Program-made: the position numbers and the translations under genes
Part shown: one piece after another, positions 59,894 to 62,401 of the stretch
Numbering within the stretch: the first letter of the stretch is position 1
Layout of the letters: each line of letters begins with the position of its first letter
The notes under the pieces: model-generated
What the model saw: the letters and a program-made list of their open reading frames with translations, nothing else
Told to the model about the DNA's origin: nothing
Databases searched by the model: none
NCBI GenBank assembly: GCA_964343265.1
Contig: CAYFIW010000005.1
Span: 1-62,401, forward strand
DNA length: 62,401 nt
Reading direction: 5' to 3'
Source of the DNA: an uncultured Dehalococcoidia bacterium
Lineage (GTDB): Bacteria > Chloroflexota > Dehalococcoidia > Lucifugimonadales > UBA826

Positions 59894-61606
59894 TTAATTC
59901 TCTATATAAACATGGCGCATTCTTGGAACAATCATTGGAGTTATAACATACCCTTTGATATATGGCTTTATCAGTAAATGTCTTTCGCCCGCAAACCAAA
60001 GTGGTAACCAAGGCGCATCTTCAACAATCAATTCCTCTGATTTTTTATACAGAGACATCCTTTCCGCTACATCAACTTCTATTCGAGCTTTTTCAAGCAA
60101 GCTGTCCACTTCAGGATTCGAGTACGTACCGTTATTGTTATCACTATCTGTGTAAAACAATACATCTAAGAAGTCCTGGGGATCTGGATAGTCGGCTTCC
60201 CATCCTAGGCCACCATACGCTTGGAATTTTTGGCGGTCTAAATCCTTCAAATAGGTTGCCCATTCTACTTGTTGTATTTCAACTTCTACCCCTAAAACTT
60301 CTTCCCACATGTTTATGATGACCTCCAAATCCAAGTTTGGTGTGCCACCTGTTCCAGGTATGGTGACCTCTATGCGGGGCCTTGTATTAGGATCAGCATA
60401 TCTTGATTCTGAAAGCAATTTCTTTGCAAGCACCGGATCATAGCGCAGTCCTTCAATATCATCGGAATGTCCAGGAAACCCAGGGGGCAATATACTGTAG
60501 GCAGGAACCACAAGACCAGCTAGAACCTCTTCGGCTATAAGCTCTTTGTCAACAGCGTGGTTCAATGCCTGTCGAAATTTAACATCGTCAAATGGCGGTT
60601 GGCTCACATTAAAGCCAATATATGTAATGGAAAAACTTGGTTTCGCCACCACTAAATCATCATGTAAAGGATCATTAGGATCCTGTATCCTTTCAAGATC
60701 AAATAAACCGACCCCTGTTATATCGATTTCATCATTTTCATACATCGCCATCGATGATCCGCCTGCGAGATTCATTTGAATTTTTCCCAGCTTTGCAGGC
60801 TCCATATGATAACCATCATGGCGCTCCAAAATTAATCTTTCCCCGACTACATAATCTGTTAATTTAAATGGTCCCGTGCCATTCGGATTATCAGTCCATG
60901 TTCTTCCGCCATCATTAACATTGTCCTTGTCAACTACAAAGGCAGTGGGGTAAGTCAACTTTTGCAGAAAATATGCTTTAGGTGAATCAATACGTATTTG
61001 AAGGGTTTCATCATCTATAACCTGTATGCCACTGATTTCAGAAGTGTTCCCATCCAAGACATCTTGAATACCCACAATATCCCCGAGATAGGTTTCAACT
61101 ACAGGAGAAGCCGTATCTGGATTAGCAGCTCTTTCAAAAGACCACTTGAAATCCTGAGCTCGGACCTTTTTGCCATCATGAAATACTGCAGAAGACCTTA
61201 GAGAAAATGTATACGTAAGGGAGTCACTGGAAACCTCCCAACTTTCCGCCAAATCTGGCACCAGATTTAAATCTGTATCAAAAGAAACTAAACCTCCAAA
61301 AATCTCCACGACTATGGCAGCTGATGTCGTATCTGAAGTTAGATGTGGATCCAAGGTAGGAGGATCAGCCCACAGTCTATTGAATGTTCCTCCTGGGGCA
61401 ACATCAGAACCAACCGATGCATCCGCTATAGTCTTGATTTCCGATTTTTCTTTGGGTACTGAAGAAGACATAGGGGACGTAGATTCTGATGAGGATATAG
61501 AGTCACCCCGGGTGTCTTGTTCACCTCCACCGCATGAAGTAACAACAACCAACAAAAGTACAGAAATTAGGGATCCTAAAATAAATCTAATCTTATAAAT
61601 ATTCAT
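59894..61606 (-). CDS. peptide ABC transporter substrate-binding lipoprotein, OppA/DppA-like
   Basis: Lipobox VTSC, DPPTLDP, PDLAESW.VS.D..TYTF.LR....FHDG, GTGPFKL, PPFDD.KFRQA...AVD, W.ADYPDP..FL, YSNPEVD.LL. Confidence 0.92.
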   Translation of the reverse strand: MNIYKIRFILGSLISVLLLVVVTSCGGGEQDTRGDSISSSESTSPMSSSVPKEKSEIKTIADASVGSDVAPGGTFNRLWADPPTLDPHLTSDTTSAAIVVEIFGGLVSFDTDLNLVPDLAESWEVSSDSLTYTFSLRSSAVFHDGKKVRAQDFKWSFERAANPDTASPVVETYLGDIVGIQDVLDGNTSEISGIQVIDDETLQIRIDSPKAYFLQKLTYPTAFVVDKDNVNDGGRTWTDNPNGTGPFKLTDYVVGERLILERHDGYHMEPAKLGKIQMNLAGGSSMAMYENDEIDITGVGLFDLERIQDPNDPLHDDLVVAKPSFSITYIGFNVSQPPFDDVKFRQALNHAVDKELIAEEVLAGLVVPAYSILPPGFPGHSDDIEGLRYDPVLAKKLLSESRYADPNTRPRIEVTIPGTGGTPNLDLEVIINMWEEVLGVEVEIQQVEWATYLKDLDRQKFQAYGGLGWEADYPDPQDFLDVLFYTDSDNNNGTYSNPEVDSLLEKARIEVDVAERMSLYKKSEELIVEDAPWLPLWFAGERHLLIKPYIKGYVITPMIVPRMRHVYIEN

Positions 61607-61621
61607 CTCTGTTTGTTATTC

Positions 61622-62401
61622 CTAAAGTTTGTCATTTTTTATTTGTAGGTGCGGACTCCCGACTTGGGAGGTTAAATAAGCTGTGATGAAATCGTCTATA
61701 TCACCATCCAGAACATCTTCTGTACCAGAAGTTTCTGTACCTGTTCTGTGATCCTTAACCATTTGATATGGATGTAAAACATAACTCCTTATTTGATTCC
61801 CCCATTCGGCAGATATATGTTCTCCTTTAAGTTTCGCAATTTCATCATTTTTTTTCTGCCTTTCGAGTTCCAAGAGTCGTGCAGTTAGTATCCTCATTGC
61901 TATCTCACGATTCTGATGCTGCGATCTTTCATTTTGACAAGTAACTACGGTGTTACTAGGAAGGTGGGTGATACGTATAGCCGTAGAATTTTTTTGCACA
62001 TTTTGTCCTCCATGCCCTCCGGCCCTAAAAACATCAACTCTTAGATCATCAGGATTAATATCCACATCCACCCCTTCTTCCACCCTTGGTAGAACTTCAG
62101 CAAGGGCAAATGAAGTGTGTCGGGCATGGTCATTATCAAAAGGAGAAATACGAACAAGACGATGAACGCCTTTCTCTGCTCTTAAATGTCCATATGCATA
62201 GTCACCTGACACCTGCATGACGACACTTTTAACACCTGCCTCTTCACCTGAAGATAAATCGAGAACTTCGCTTTTAAAGCCCTTCCTTTCAGCCCATCTT
62301 ATATACATCCTTAACAGCATTGAAGCCCAGTCCTGTGAATCAACACCTCCAGCTCCAGCATGCAGTGCAATAATTGCATCTCTTTGGTCATATTCGCCAG
62401 A
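61622..62401 (-). CDS. prfB: peptide chain release factor 2, 5'-truncated by the window edge
   Basis: Frame is open to 62401 (..HAGAGGVDSQDWASMLLRMY). GVHRLVRISPFD (SPF motif), GGQ, WGNQIRSYV..PY.MVKDHRT. Confidence 0.97.
   Translation of the reverse strand, partial: SGEYDQRDAIIALHAGAGGVDSQDWASMLLRMYIRWAERKGFKSEVLDLSSGEEAGVKSVVMQVSGDYAYGHLRAEKGVHRLVRISPFDNDHARHTSFALAEVLPRVEEGVDVDINPDDLRVDVFRAGGHGGQNVQKNSTAIRITHLPSNTVVTCQNERSQHQNREIAMRILTARLLELERQKKNDEIAKLKGEHISAEWGNQIRSYVLHPYQMVKDHRTGTETSGTEDVLDGDIDDFITAYLTSQVGSPHLQIKNDKL

Noticed and set aside
61622..62401. prfB programmed +1 frameshift
   Set aside because: The frameshift site would lie near the gene's 5' end, outside this window, so it cannot be assessed.

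Overview
A gene-dense, AT-rich core-chromosome segment, most likely from a marine Chloroflexota/Dehalococcoidia (SAR202-like) bacterium. That assignment is inferred from a Chlor_Arch_YYY/DUF2298 protein, stand-alone rpoBC with large insertions, an 11-subunit nuo operon, and multiple CoA-transferases, family-5 binding proteins and an enolase-superfamily enzyme. Main contents: dinB; rpoB-rpoC; a cobalamin riboswitch with attenuator upstream of a BtuFCD-type ABC transporter; a suf operon (sufB-C-D-U-rrf2-S-U); a complex-I-like operon nuoABCDHIJK-orf-LMN lacking nuoEFG; NAD kinase; glmU; a collagen-like lipoprotein; tRNA-Arg(CCG); a flap endonuclease; oppABC-like genes; and partial prfB. I see no mobile element, prophage, CRISPR array or defence island. 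The best leads are: (1) a 64-aa DUF2007/PII-fold-like gene inside the headless complex I operon, plus an extended NuoI; (2) an uncharacterised ~88-aa SH3-like gene whose near-consensus promoter contains a perfect LexA-type palindrome; (3) a strongly promoted lipid-anchored collagen/beta-domain surface protein; (4) a mosaic suf operon with two intact SufU paralogs and a candidate Rrf2 operator; (5) a probable heterodimeric CoA-transferase pair; (6) a probable ATA start codon. All family assignments come from reading motifs by eye; no database search was run.
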